DNA of 64,000 nucleotides from a virus. The translations under genes were made by a program, and so were the position numbers. The notes under the pieces were generated by a model that was not told where the DNA came from, did not search any database, and saw only the letters and a list, made by a program, of their open reading frames with translations. The stretch lies in the IMG/VR virus record IMGVR_UViG_3300032282_001564, positions 49,158 through 113,157 of that record. One strand, given 5' to 3'. The first letter of the stretch is position 1; each line of letters opens with the position of its first letter. Positions 48,160-57,146 of this stretch are shown in pieces.

Positions 48160-48929
48160 CGCGGTGCAAATTCCTGTTGTAATTTAATGTTATCAAAGAA
48201 CTCTTTCTTTGTATTCATGTCTGTTTCAAACGCACCTGTTAATACAGTAGTTTGTGTTAGACTGCTACCGGCCATAATACCGCGATTCTCACAGCATCCG
48301 TGTGTAGCTTGAATATAAACTGCTATGTTCTTTGAGCCTGTTGCTGTGGCAATTTCCCTAGCAATGTCATTACAAAGTTCCTCCTGGAGAGTACCACGTC
48401 GGGCACACCATTGGGCGATACGTGTGTATTTGCTAAGGCCAATAAGCCTATCAGCGGCAATGATACCAATGTAAGCAACACCAGTAACGGGCTGATGGTG
48501 ATGACTACACATACTACGAAGCTCACTGCGAACAACCAACATACCCTTGTAACCATCTTCTATCTCATTTGGAAAACTTGTTGCGTCTGGTACAGGATCA
48601 TAACGACCAGACATAATTTCATTAAAGTACATCTTAGCTAGTCGCTTTGCAGTACCTTTTGAGTTGGGATCATTTTCGCGATCAATTAGTAGTCTGTCGA
48701 GCACTACTTCAAATGCTTCTGTAGCTTCTTTAATTAAGATAGCTTTGTCTTCTTCGCTGACATAATCGCTAATGTTGTCACCGGCCCAAAAACGTTTCTT
48801 GTCACGTTTCATTTGGAAGCGAATAGCGTCACCGAGGTAACCTTCTTCGTAGCCTTTGTCGCTCATTTTCATTGCGGCATCTTCATACCCTGGATGGTAT
48901 GGCGCTTCTTCTACTAGTTTGTTTGTCAT
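48156..48929 (-). CDS. folE: GTP cyclohydrolase I
   Basis: 'SMCSHH', 'GLSKYTR', 'LQEEL', 'HGCCENRG'. Confidence 0.95.
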   Translation of the reverse strand: MTNKLVEEAPYHPGYEDAAMKMSDKGYEEGYLGDAIRFQMKRDKKRFWAGDNISDYVSEEDKAILIKEATEAFEVVLDRLLIDRENDPNSKGTAKRLAKMYFNEIMSGRYDPVPDATSFPNEIEDGYKGMLVVRSELRSMCSHHHQPVTGVAYIGIIAADRLIGLSKYTRIAQWCARRGTLQEELCNDIAREIATATGSKNIAVYIQATHGCCENRGIMAGSSLTQTTVLTGAFETDMNTKKEFFDNIKLQQEFAPR

Positions 48930-48970
48930 TGTTTCTCCGAGTTAATGCCGAGGATGGCTAGTTTTTTAAA

Positions 48971-48999
48971 ATTATATAATATCTAGACATTGAAGTCAA
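48971..48999 (-). promoter_or_regulatory. Sigma70 promoter of folE
   Basis: TTGACT (48999-48994), 17 bp, TATAAT (48976-48971). Confidence 0.75.
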
Positions 49000-49570
49000 T
49001 AGTTCGTAAGTCCGGATATTGATGATATTTAGGCTCTGGATCAACAAAAGGTAATTTTTCCAGACCTAAACTACAAGTTTCTAAAGTTGGACAGTAGTGA
49101 TATCCTTCTTCAAAAGTTGTTTGTTCTTCCCATGGGCTGATACGTAGGTCACGACCATCGCTACGCATACGACTAAACATCAAGTATTCAGCTTTATCGT
49201 CTAACAGTATTGCGCCAGCTTTGCCAATGCTTAATGGTTTACCGTGACCAAAACTTAGACATTGTAATTGCCCTGCACGATACATATTGGGACGTAGTAG
49301 TCTAGCACTATCCCAAATACGTGTGCCGTGGAAATGATACTCGCCGACAGATTGCCAATAATCTGTTTTAAAATTATAACTAATATCTAGTTTATGCATC
49401 AACTGCGGTATACTTAGATATGTAAAGGCTGTGAATTCGCAGTACTTATTTCTTTCGTGTCTAAAGCAAAGTTCTAGTGCGTGTGTGCATCCATCAGTAA
49501 CAACTGCATAAGGAGCACCGGTATAACGTGCTAGTTCTTCTTCGAACTGAAATAGTATGTCGTAGGTCAT
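48983..49570 (-). CDS. Short DegT/DnrJ-family PLP protein
   Basis: 'FEEELARYTGAPYAVVTDGCTHAL', 'WDSA', 'LSFGHGKPL..GKAGAIL'; only 195 aa. Confidence 0.75.
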   Translation of the reverse strand: MTYDILFQFEEELARYTGAPYAVVTDGCTHALELCFRHERNKYCEFTAFTYLSIPQLMHKLDISYNFKTDYWQSVGEYHFHGTRIWDSARLLRPNMYRAGQLQCLSFGHGKPLSIGKAGAILLDDKAEYLMFSRMRSDGRDLRISPWEEQTTFEEGYHYCPTLETCSLGLEKLPFVDPEPKYHQYPDLRTIDFNV

Positions 49571-49926
49571 TCTGATAAATGATCCTGTTTAATTTCTCTA
49601 ACTGGACAGTCAAGTCTTTCAGCAATGGCATTCTTAACACGTATACGTTGATTGTTCCAATCGCGTATAGCAATAGCACGACGTCCAATTTCTTCTAATG
49701 CTAGTTCTGCTTCACGTCCTGTTTTTAATTCAGCTTCTAAGTCCCAAATTTGATTGTGTATAGAAACTAGGTTAATATACAGATCCTCAATAGATTCCAT
49801 CTCTAATGGAATAGCTTGATTCATGTACCAAGTAAGTTCTTCAGCGTTAGCACCATTGGTGCGTTTAAATTTAACGTCAGCAATAGCTAACCGATCAATT
49901 AATTCAATAACAGGAAAATGTATCAT
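49567..49926 (-). CDS. Helical hypothetical protein (DUF4254/DUF6165-like)
   Basis: 'ELIDRLAI', 'IWDLE', 'NNQR'. Confidence 0.6.
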   Translation of the reverse strand: MIHFPVIELIDRLAIADVKFKRTNGANAEELTWYMNQAIPLEMESIEDLYINLVSIHNQIWDLEAELKTGREAELALEEIGRRAIAIRDWNNQRIRVKNAIAERLDCPVREIKQDHLSE

Positions 49927-50894
49927 TTGCGAGTGTACCACTTATAGGCTGAATCAATGATAGTTTTAATATCACTGTTAACCGGAGTCCATCCAAGTTC
50001 TTCTTGAGCACGGCTAGAATCAGCAACAAGCTCTGCTGGGTCGCCTGCACGAATAGGACCGTAGTTTACAAATGGTAATCCGTATTTTCCGTTAACATAG
50101 TCTACAATTTCTTTATTGCTTGTACCTTTGTTAGTACCTAGATTAAATGTTTCGCTGGAGATTTGTCCTTTACGAGCAAAGTAACCAACTGCACGTACAT
50201 GAGCTAGAGCAATGTCCCATACATGAACATAATCACGAATACAAGTACCATCCTCGGTATCGTAATCACAGCCGTTAATAGTAAATGCACGACCAGCGAT
50301 GCTGGCTTCTAGTACACGAGCAACAATATGCGTAGCTTCGGGTTCTTGGCCTAAGTCATGTGTAACAGGCATAGCACCTGCGGCATTAAAGTAACGGAAG
50401 CAAACAGTATTAATACCATAGGCACGACCGTAGTCTTGTAGTACCAGCTCGCAAGTGGCCTTAGTACTACCATATGGACTCAGTGGCTTTACTTCGTCGT
50501 ATTCTTTGATAGGCAAGCAGTCGGGTTCGCCATATACTGACGCACTAGAACTAAACATAATAATAGGTTTCTTGTCTAAGTTCTTGACCAAGTTCATCAA
50601 TGCAATAGTTTTAACTACATTATTTTCGTAGTACTCTGCAGGATCGGTCATCGAAGGACCGACTAAACTAGTGCCTGCACAATGAACAATAACGTCCGGA
50701 GCCAAATCGAAAATAGTGCTAAGACTAGCGTCACTAACAACATCTCCAATAAAAAATCCATCGATATCCTTTAATGTATGATCACGTTGAACACGATCAA
50801 TAACAAATACTTGATCACCGTTTTCTTTAAATGCACGAGCAACGTGGCTACCAATATAACCACATCCGCCAGTTACTACAATTTTCTTAGTCAT
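49923..50894 (-). CDS. galE: UDP-glucose 4-epimerase
   Basis: TGGCGYIG, 'SSSASVYG', YGSTK, 'RYFNAAGA', 'DGTCIRDYVHV'. Confidence 0.9.
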   Translation of the reverse strand: MTKKIVVTGGCGYIGSHVARAFKENGDQVFVIDRVQRDHTLKDIDGFFIGDVVSDASLSTIFDLAPDVIVHCAGTSLVGPSMTDPAEYYENNVVKTIALMNLVKNLDKKPIIMFSSSASVYGEPDCLPIKEYDEVKPLSPYGSTKATCELVLQDYGRAYGINTVCFRYFNAAGAMPVTHDLGQEPEATHIVARVLEASIAGRAFTINGCDYDTEDGTCIRDYVHVWDIALAHVRAVGYFARKGQISSETFNLGTNKGTSNKEIVDYVNGKYGLPFVNYGPIRAGDPAELVADSSRAQEELGWTPVNSDIKTIIDSAYKWYTRK

Positions 50895-50990
50895 TATATT
50901 TCTTTGTAAAGATATGCACTAGCCACAGTATGCCTAAGTTTAACATAAAATATATAGACAATACAATAGCAATCTGAATATCTAATTCAC

Positions 50991-51212
50991 TCACTCGGGT
51001 TTGCCACCTGTGCAACTACCACCATCAAACCAAAGTCCCATTGCTTCTTTGCGATACTTTTCTAGCTCAACTTTATCAGCCCATTCTTTTAATTCTTCAT
51101 CATTGCGAGCATGACTGCCATCGCAGTAAGGTTGGTGTAGACTACGCCCACACCCGCAACGAGCACGACCATCGTCTATTGCTTGTCTATCTTCGGTAGT
51201 GAATGTTGTCAT
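50991..51212 (-). CDS. CDGSH iron-sulfur domain protein
   Basis: CGCGRSLHQPYCDGSH. Confidence 0.85.
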   Translation of the reverse strand: MTTFTTEDRQAIDDGRARCGCGRSLHQPYCDGSHARNDEELKEWADKVELEKYRKEAMGLWFDGGSCTGGKPE

Positions 51213-51337
51213 TCTGTTTGAAACTCCGGATTAGATTGAATAGTCAGGCCATGCCAACCACAGCATTTACCAGTTGGACTGCGGCCGCAACCACACTTGC
51301 CAAATTCTTCAGGGGTTTCCTTTACTCTCACTTGCAT
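51209..51337 (-). CDS. Second CDGSH-like mini protein (42 aa), absent from the ORF track
   Basis: MQVRVKETPEEFGKCGCGRSPTGKCCGWHGL... Confidence 0.7.
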   Translation of the reverse strand: MQVRVKETPEEFGKCGCGRSPTGKCCGWHGLTIQSNPEFQTE

Positions 51338-51338
51338 A

Positions 51339-52037
51339 TTAATCTTTCTTGTCACCAAAAAGTTGTAGTAAGTTCAAAAACAAATTAATAAAATCCATAT
51401 ATAAAGTCAATGCACCGCTAACTTCTGCGGCAGGGCTAGTATCCACACTGAGTTCTTCACGAATCTTTTGTGTGTCATACGCAGTCAATCCCAAAAAGAT
51501 AACGATAGCTAGGGCACTAATAACCATTTGCATCACAGTTGAGCCGATAAAGATATTAACGATGCTGGCAATAACAATAGCAATTAGGCCAACAATCATA
51601 AACTTGCCCATGCTATCTAGGCTACGTTTGGTAAAGTAACCATATCCGCTCATGACACCAAACAAGATAGCCGCACCCATAAACGATGACACAATTGACC
51701 CCATGGCAAACACAGCAAAGATAGTGGCAAAGCTCAGGCCCATCAATGCCGCAAAGCCATGTAGGCATAACTGTGCTACACCTTTGCTGGGATTATTGCC
51801 CAATACATAACCAATACCAAATATTGCCGCAAGTGGTGCAAAGATTACAATCCACTTTAGTACACCAGTGAAAAAGAATTGCAACAACTCTGGACTGGTA
51901 CCTACCAAGTAACTAATCATCATTGATACTACAACTGCTAGACTCATATGTCCGTAAACACGACCCATGGCACTATTGATTTCTTCTGCTGAGCGATAAT
52001 TTAAAACGCCGTTATCTGTATAATTTGCACCAAACAT
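51339..52037 (-). CDS. Bax inhibitor-1/YccA family membrane protein
   Basis: Multiple transmembrane helices, 'TAYDTQKI', 'ALTLYMDFINLF'. Confidence 0.9.
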   Translation of the reverse strand: MFGANYTDNGVLNYRSAEEINSAMGRVYGHMSLAVVVSMMISYLVGTSPELLQFFFTGVLKWIVIFAPLAAIFGIGYVLGNNPSKGVAQLCLHGFAALMGLSFATIFAVFAMGSIVSSFMGAAILFGVMSGYGYFTKRSLDSMGKFMIVGLIAIVIASIVNIFIGSTVMQMVISALAIVIFLGLTAYDTQKIREELSVDTSPAAEVSGALTLYMDFINLFLNLLQLFGDKKD

Positions 52038-52059
52038 ATTACATCTCCTTAATTAAAAT

Positions 52060-53259
52060 TTAATCTGTAACTGGAAACTCTTTGTAGAGTCGTTCCAACG
52101 ATACCGCAGGATCCCACTCTTTGCAATACTTTTTACGATTAGCACGACCTTTGGCAGAGTCTGGATCGTAGTCGATCCACGTAAACTCTGTGCCATCGCA
52201 TTCAGGGCAATGACTATTGTAGTCATCATCGTCACGCATTTGATCACGCATGCCAACCCAACCACATGTTTTATTATCACATTGTGCATCTGCTGGTTCT
52301 GGTGGTTGGTTAACCCATGAACTTGTGTCCCAGTTATAACCAGACCAGGTAACAACTTCTCCGGTGATTGGCTTAAACTGTCCATATTCCCATTCACCAA
52401 ACTGTGCGCCATCCCAGTAGGCCGAACCATAGGTTGTGCCAAAGTGTCGCCAGGTACAACTGTAGTAACCAGGAATAGTGGGTTTAACTTTCTTAAACTT
52501 AAATGTCTCGGACCGTTCCCATGTGCTGGGACTTGTACCGCACGGAGGATGACCCCAATCTTTTTCTTCTGGACTATAAGTTTCCCATGAATTACTATCT
52601 TTTACAAGATACATTCCAAAGTCTGAACTTTTGCCATCTGTACTACCGCCGAAGTTATCAATATCTTCGCCATCATACGTAACACCGTTTACTAGTTCTT
52701 CACCGTCGATTTCGTCATAATTCAATTCTAACTTTTCAATGTCAAATGGCTCACGGAGTTCTATTTCACCTTCGAAGAATGTACCTTTTTCATTACTGCT
52801 ACCGATAAAAACTACAGTACCTTCTGGCTTACTACCAATCCATACTTCGTCTTGGCAATTCCATACTGGGCTGTCTTCACTGCCACCATCACAATCCTCT
52901 AGGCTTTTTTGGAAAACTGTCTCACCGTTTTCATCTTCAATCTGTAGTGTACCAGCACTACGGCTAACACCATGGACATGTGCCATATCATCGCATTCGT
53001 ACCACGAACCTGGTGGGAACGGCAACCGATCAACATCAAGATCCATTTCATCTTGAACAGTATCTTCATCGCTCCATGCAATTTCAGTAAGGTCAACTTG
53101 GTTATCCATACAGTAGTCCCATACTTCACGGTCTACAGTACCCATAACCTTTTCGCCACCATAACCCCACATACTAATCTTGTATGTGCGTGGTGTAAAT
53201 TTAAGTACAGCTACTAGTTCTTCGGCTGTAATTTCTTTAGTTTCTGCTTTAGTTGCCAT
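52060..53259 (-). CDS. Acidic hypothetical protein with C-terminal Zn ribbon
   Basis: ATG at 53259 after GGAG; C..C and CPEC near the C-terminus. Confidence 0.7.
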   Translation of the reverse strand: MATKAETKEITAEELVAVLKFTPRTYKISMWGYGGEKVMGTVDREVWDYCMDNQVDLTEIAWSDEDTVQDEMDLDVDRLPFPPGSWYECDDMAHVHGVSRSAGTLQIEDENGETVFQKSLEDCDGGSEDSPVWNCQDEVWIGSKPEGTVVFIGSSNEKGTFFEGEIELREPFDIEKLELNYDEIDGEELVNGVTYDGEDIDNFGGSTDGKSSDFGMYLVKDSNSWETYSPEEKDWGHPPCGTSPSTWERSETFKFKKVKPTIPGYYSCTWRHFGTTYGSAYWDGAQFGEWEYGQFKPITGEVVTWSGYNWDTSSWVNQPPEPADAQCDNKTCGWVGMRDQMRDDDDYNSHCPECDGTEFTWIDYDPDSAKGRANRKKYCKEWDPAVSLERLYKEFPVTD

Positions 53260-53459
53260 ATCTCCTCCCTGAGATTCTTTTCCATGTTTCGGTATTGTTG
53301 AACTTCCGACAATAATGTTTGATTTAGCGTTGATATGTATTGACATTGTTGCCGTTCTTTTTCAGATAAATCTGGTACTTCAACTTCTCTTAAAGGTGCC
53401 GAAGTACGTCCTGCAATAAAGGACAATACTCCAACAACCAGTAAAAGAATGTATTCCAT
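53214..53459 (-). CDS. Hypothetical membrane-anchored coiled-coil protein
   Basis: N-terminal transmembrane segment. Confidence 0.6.
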   Translation of the reverse strand: MEYILLLVVGVLSFIAGRTSAPLREVEVPDLSEKERQQCQYISTLNQTLLSEVQQYRNMEKNLREEIWQLKQKLKKLQPKN

Positions 53460-53466
53460 TAATAAA

Positions 53467-53655
53467 TTAAGCCTTTGCTTCTTTACGAGCGTTTTTAGTT
53501 TCGGTAATTTCGTTACGGCGAGCCTTAACTGCTTTACCTAATTCTGCCAATGCTTTACGAGCACGAGTACCTGCGGCATTGTTACCTTTTTCAAATTTCT
53601 CGTGTTCAGCTTCATATGCTTCAAGTGCTGATTTAATTTCTGTGTGTGCTGACAT
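53467..53655 (-). CDS. Histone H1-like (Hc1-type) small basic protein
   Basis: 'KGNNAAGTRARKAL.EL'. Confidence 0.75.
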   Translation of the reverse strand: MSAHTEIKSALEAYEAEHEKFEKGNNAAGTRARKALAELGKAVKARRNEITETKNARKEAKA

Positions 53656-53666
53656 TTTAATTCCTT

Positions 53667-54857
53667 TTAATATTTTGATTCATGTGTATGTTTACGATAA
53701 TCCGTACTCATACGTTTCCATTGTTCACCCTTGCCCTCAAGGATATCAACAATTCGGTCAATGGTTCCATCAGTCCAATCACTGATCAGTCCCATGTTGT
53801 GATGCGGTTCTTGTAATAGACCCCATAGCTTGGTCATTGCGTCGTCTAGTGACCAAGGGACATAGAGCCTGTCAGGGTCATTTGCAAAAGTTTCAGGGAA
53901 ACTGCGATAAGCAGGATATAAAACGTTGGCTCCGAGAGTATCTGCTTCAGAGACTGTGTTTGAGACCCAATCTTGGAGAGCACAATTAAACAGCACACGA
54001 GTATCGTTAAGGAGAGCATAGTAGTCGTTCTTTTCTAAGTCTTCGTATAGTGTTAACAATCCGCGGGCCTGTAGATCACGTGTGCGTTGCATATAGCTAT
54101 CGTTATTAGACTTTAATTTACTACCAGCAAATACACAAAACTCTACACTACTCATTGGGTAGCTATTTTTATATTCTTTATGCCAAGCTTCAATCAAGTC
54201 CATATAGAAGTCTGGTTGTTTCTCTTGGTCCCAACGAGCCGCAAAGCCTACACGATATTTGCGTTCATTAAATGGCTTCAGTGGACCAGCAATACGATTG
54301 CGTACTTCTTCTTTGCCAAATGCAAGTCCGCTGATATTATAGATTGGGCTTTCCCAGCCAGCAATCTTCATGTGCATGGCCATTTCTTCATTTGACGCAA
54401 GGGTAATATCTACGAACGAGTCCACCATCTTTTCATAGAGGCCCATCCATTTAGACATGCCCCATACGTGTACAAAGTCATCCGGATCAATGGATTGAGC
54501 AAGACAGCGAACGGCAATACGAGGACGATGAGCAGGATCGATTTGATCAAGAATGTAAGGTAAGCTCTCGATACCGGGTTGAAACATGTCTTCAAAGTAG
54601 ATAACGTCTTCATAGGTAACTTCTCCTTGTTTCATCTTGCGTACAAGATTCATTAGCTGACTCATACCAAAGTAAGTACGACCATGTGCATCAAGTACTT
54701 GCCCAGTTACAATAGCTTGGTCATTGCTTAATGTTTCGCCAGTAACCAATTCATAATTAATACCACGACGTTTAAATACTCGTTCGTTCCAGTCCTGTAA
54801 CTGTAGCGTATAACGTGCTTTATAGGGCTCTAGGCCCATGTACCATAATTTTCTCAT
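53667..54857 (-). CDS. GT-B (GT4-like) glycosyltransferase
   Basis: 'FAARWDQEKQP', 'ALQDWVSNTVSEA', 'YPAYRSFPE'. Confidence 0.8.
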   Translation of the reverse strand: MRKLWYMGLEPYKARYTLQLQDWNERVFKRRGINYELVTGETLSNDQAIVTGQVLDAHGRTYFGMSQLMNLVRKMKQGEVTYEDVIYFEDMFQPGIESLPYILDQIDPAHRPRIAVRCLAQSIDPDDFVHVWGMSKWMGLYEKMVDSFVDITLASNEEMAMHMKIAGWESPIYNISGLAFGKEEVRNRIAGPLKPFNERKYRVGFAARWDQEKQPDFYMDLIEAWHKEYKNSYPMSSVEFCVFAGSKLKSNNDSYMQRTRDLQARGLLTLYEDLEKNDYYALLNDTRVLFNCALQDWVSNTVSEADTLGANVLYPAYRSFPETFANDPDRLYVPWSLDDAMTKLWGLLQEPHHNMGLISDWTDGTIDRIVDILEGKGEQWKRMSTDYRKHTHESKY

Positions 54858-55219
54858 TTAATAAACTTTCCTAATTCTGGAGGTTCCCACCCCAGTGGTT
54901 TCAATACCTTGCCATCTTCACGCTTACGCACCTTGCCAGTTTCTTTGTCAATCTTAGCAAAGTTAGTACGCATTACTTCTTTCCATGCACCTTCAGCGTC
55001 GTAACCTGCTGAATGAATAGCACCAATAGTAACAACAAGAATATCAATTAATGCGTCTAGTTGTTCAACTTCATCATGTGCCAAGACGGCCTGGTGAAGT
55101 TCTCCGACTTCTTCGTCAATCAATTTCATGTACATTGCATACTGACTTAAATCTGAGCCATCAACTTGTTGATCACATGCCCGCATAAATTTTTCTTGAT
55201 CACGAAAAGGATTTGTCAT
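54854..55219 (-). CDS. MazG/PRA-PH-like NTP pyrophosphohydrolase
   Basis: 'LIDEEVGEL', 'DALIDILVV', 'EVMRTNFAK', 'REDGKVLKP'. Confidence 0.85.
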   Translation of the reverse strand: MTNPFRDQEKFMRACDQQVDGSDLSQYAMYMKLIDEEVGELHQAVLAHDEVEQLDALIDILVVTIGAIHSAGYDAEGAWKEVMRTNFAKIDKETGKVRKREDGKVLKPLGWEPPELGKFIK

Positions 55220-55352
55220 TTTCTACCTTATCCAAAGAATATACATCGCAGGATCTAATACGATAAATGGAAAACATTACAGCCTCGTGCAATGTCTTGA
55301 AGTATTTAGACACTAGAGTTCCGCCTGACAAATAATATCTCAATTTATACAT
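55200..55352 (-). CDS. Small hypothetical protein, absent from the ORF track
   Basis: MYKLRYYLSGGTLVSKYFKTLHEAV..., 50 aa, fills the gap. Confidence 0.5.
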   Translation of the reverse strand: MYKLRYYLSGGTLVSKYFKTLHEAVMFSIYRIRSCDVYSLDKVENDKSFS

Positions 55353-55689
55353 TTTTCTTTTTAAATTCTTCTACATCCTTAACCGCAGATTTTAACACTT
55401 CTGCATAATTAAGTGCCTGTTGTTGCGTTAAGATTAAACTAGCTTCGCATTCTACATAGCCTTGAGTAAGCAAGGTCCAAATAGTTTGCCAGCGATTTAA
55501 TTTCCACCATTTACTTTTAGTAGTAGTGTAAATAGTGACGCTAATACTATTAGTGTCATCTGCTTCTACCCACAAGTTGTGGCTATGGTTTGAATCACTG
55601 CACTCGCAAGCAACCTGGTATGATTTAGCATCACCAAAATCACCTTGTTTTAAAATACCTTCAGCAGGTTGTTGCGGTGCTAGTTTCAT
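55345..55689 (-). CDS. Hypothetical protein
   Basis: 'VACEC...H' motif. Confidence 0.7.
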   Translation of the reverse strand: MKLAPQQPAEGILKQGDFGDAKSYQVACECSDSNHSHNLWVEADDTNSISVTIYTTTKSKWWKLNRWQTIWTLLTQGYVECEASLILTQQQALNYAEVLKSAVKDVEEFKKKNV

Positions 55690-55961
55690 GAGTGATCTCT
55701 ATTTTTCCATGGGCGATTAGTATCGCGGGGCTTAAAGTCAGTGCGTTCACGCTTAGGAGTACGCCATTGATCCCAAGGTTCACGACCTTTGGTCATTTTA
55801 ATGAACTCGCCATAAGGGCCACGTTCATTGTACAAGTGCTTCTCGTCGTATGGATATCCATAGTCACGGCAGAATTGGTGGTACACTTCCAAATCTTCAA
55901 AGATTTGCTCTACCTCTGGTTTCAGACGAAGGTACTTGTTCAGCCATTCAGGTTTGGCCAT
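55686..55961 (-). CDS. Hypothetical protein
   Basis: GGAG RBS; 'IFEDLE...FCRDYGYPYDEKHLY'. Confidence 0.75.
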   Translation of the reverse strand: MAKPEWLNKYLRLKPEVEQIFEDLEVYHQFCRDYGYPYDEKHLYNERGPYGEFIKMTKGREPWDQWRTPKRERTDFKPRDTNRPWKNRDHS

Positions 55962-55976
55962 GATTTACTTCTCCTA

Positions 55977-56441
55977 TTAAATTACGATTGAATGTGTTGG
56001 ACGGGTGAGGTTATAAGAAATTGAGCATCCGTTTTCACCGTCCTCAGATACATCAATTGTTACTGCACGATTAGGGTAACGTGCGGCAATTTGTACGTAC
56101 AAGTCGTCAGCGATCATTTCACAGGACTTGTAGTTTAATTCTAAAACTCGATTTTCATTATAGGGACCGGTCCCACTGTAAAGGTTCTCGAGCCAGCGTT
56201 TGAATTGGATGAATTCGATATCTCTGTCATTATGGAAGACATCGATCCACACGCGGAAATGGAAAATGTGGCGATGAGGAGTAGCAAGAAAACTAACATC
56301 GTATTCATCACCTGTTGCCAGTAACGGATCGTTAGCGGCCGCCGGATAGCAGTGAATACCTTCTTTGCTAAACGTGACCCAGATTTGGCGTTGTGCCGCT
56401 TGTTGGATACGTTCAATTTTATCTCGTTGCTCTTGGTTCAT
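55977..56441 (-). CDS. QueD paralog (T-fold), DpdL-like candidate CDG decarboxylase
   Basis: LxxxHRHxF motif (LATPHRHIF), 'RDIEFIQFK', 'SCEMIA', 'VSEDGENG'. Confidence 0.75.
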   Translation of the reverse strand: MNQEQRDKIERIQQAAQRQIWVTFSKEGIHCYPAAANDPLLATGDEYDVSFLATPHRHIFHFRVWIDVFHNDRDIEFIQFKRWLENLYSGTGPYNENRVLELNYKSCEMIADDLYVQIAARYPNRAVTIDVSEDGENGCSISYNLTRPTHSIVI

Positions 56442-56953
56442 TTGATGACTTCATCTTGTGTATATTTTGACCAATCCGTAAAAACTTTACGGTCCCTTAA
56501 TTCGTGTACGCTGTGACACCACACACCTGGATTTGTTTTAGCAAAGTCTGTGTCGTCTAGCTTAATTGTAGCATTATATCCTAGCATTTGTATATAGGGC
56601 AATTTAACCGAAATCATCGGAATAAAGTTGTTATATTCAACCAAACAGCCTTCAACTAATCCTTCAACAGCCTTAACATCTAGGTCAAGGGTACATAAGA
56701 ATCCGGCTTGTAATGCTTCTTGGATCATTAACTCCCATTGCTTCCATGTTTCGGCATCGTTAACTTCTGGATTGGGGAAACTTTGGTTAGCACCAAAATA
56801 GATATGACTACATTTATGATCTTTGGCTAGGTTCACAATGATCTGCTCATTCTGAATACCAATAACAAAAAGTGTTTTGTGTCCGTATGCAGGACTGTGT
56901 TCTACTTCACGTCCTGTAAAGAAATCTATTTGATTATGTCCGTCTCTGTTCAT
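56438..56953 (-). CDS. Hypothetical protein in the dpdA operon
   Basis: 'FTGREVEHSPAYGHKTLFV', 'HIYFGANQSF', 'KLDDTDF..TNPGVWC'. Confidence 0.75.
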   Translation of the reverse strand: MNRDGHNQIDFFTGREVEHSPAYGHKTLFVIGIQNEQIIVNLAKDHKCSHIYFGANQSFPNPEVNDAETWKQWELMIQEALQAGFLCTLDLDVKAVEGLVEGCLVEYNNFIPMISVKLPYIQMLGYNATIKLDDTDFAKTNPGVWCHSVHELRDRKVFTDWSKYTQDEVIK

Positions 56954-57146
56954 TGCTTCTCTCAGTTATATTAGATTTAATTATAGCAATTTCGTCTTTA
57001 ATATGCAACTTTTGTTTTTTCAAATCTTCAAGTTGAAAGTCGCTAAACAAACCCGTTTTTTCTAAACCGTCAATTCGTTTGTTTAATCTATGATGCTCTT
57101 CTTCGAGATGTTTTAAATGGTTAGAAAGGTGAGTGAGGTCTGACAT
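56934..57146 (-). CDS. DUF465/YdcH-like coiled-coil protein
   Basis: 'HHRLNKRI...LKKQKLHIKDEI'. Confidence 0.75.
   Translation of the reverse strand: MSDLTHLSNHLKHLEEEHHRLNKRIDGLEKTGLFSDFQLEDLKKQKLHIKDEIAIIKSNITERSNEQRRT

Noticed and set aside
55977-56441. Ordinary second queD
   Set aside because: It lacks the CxxxHGH/HGY motif and has LxxxHRHxF instead; a canonical queD is at 45058-45507.
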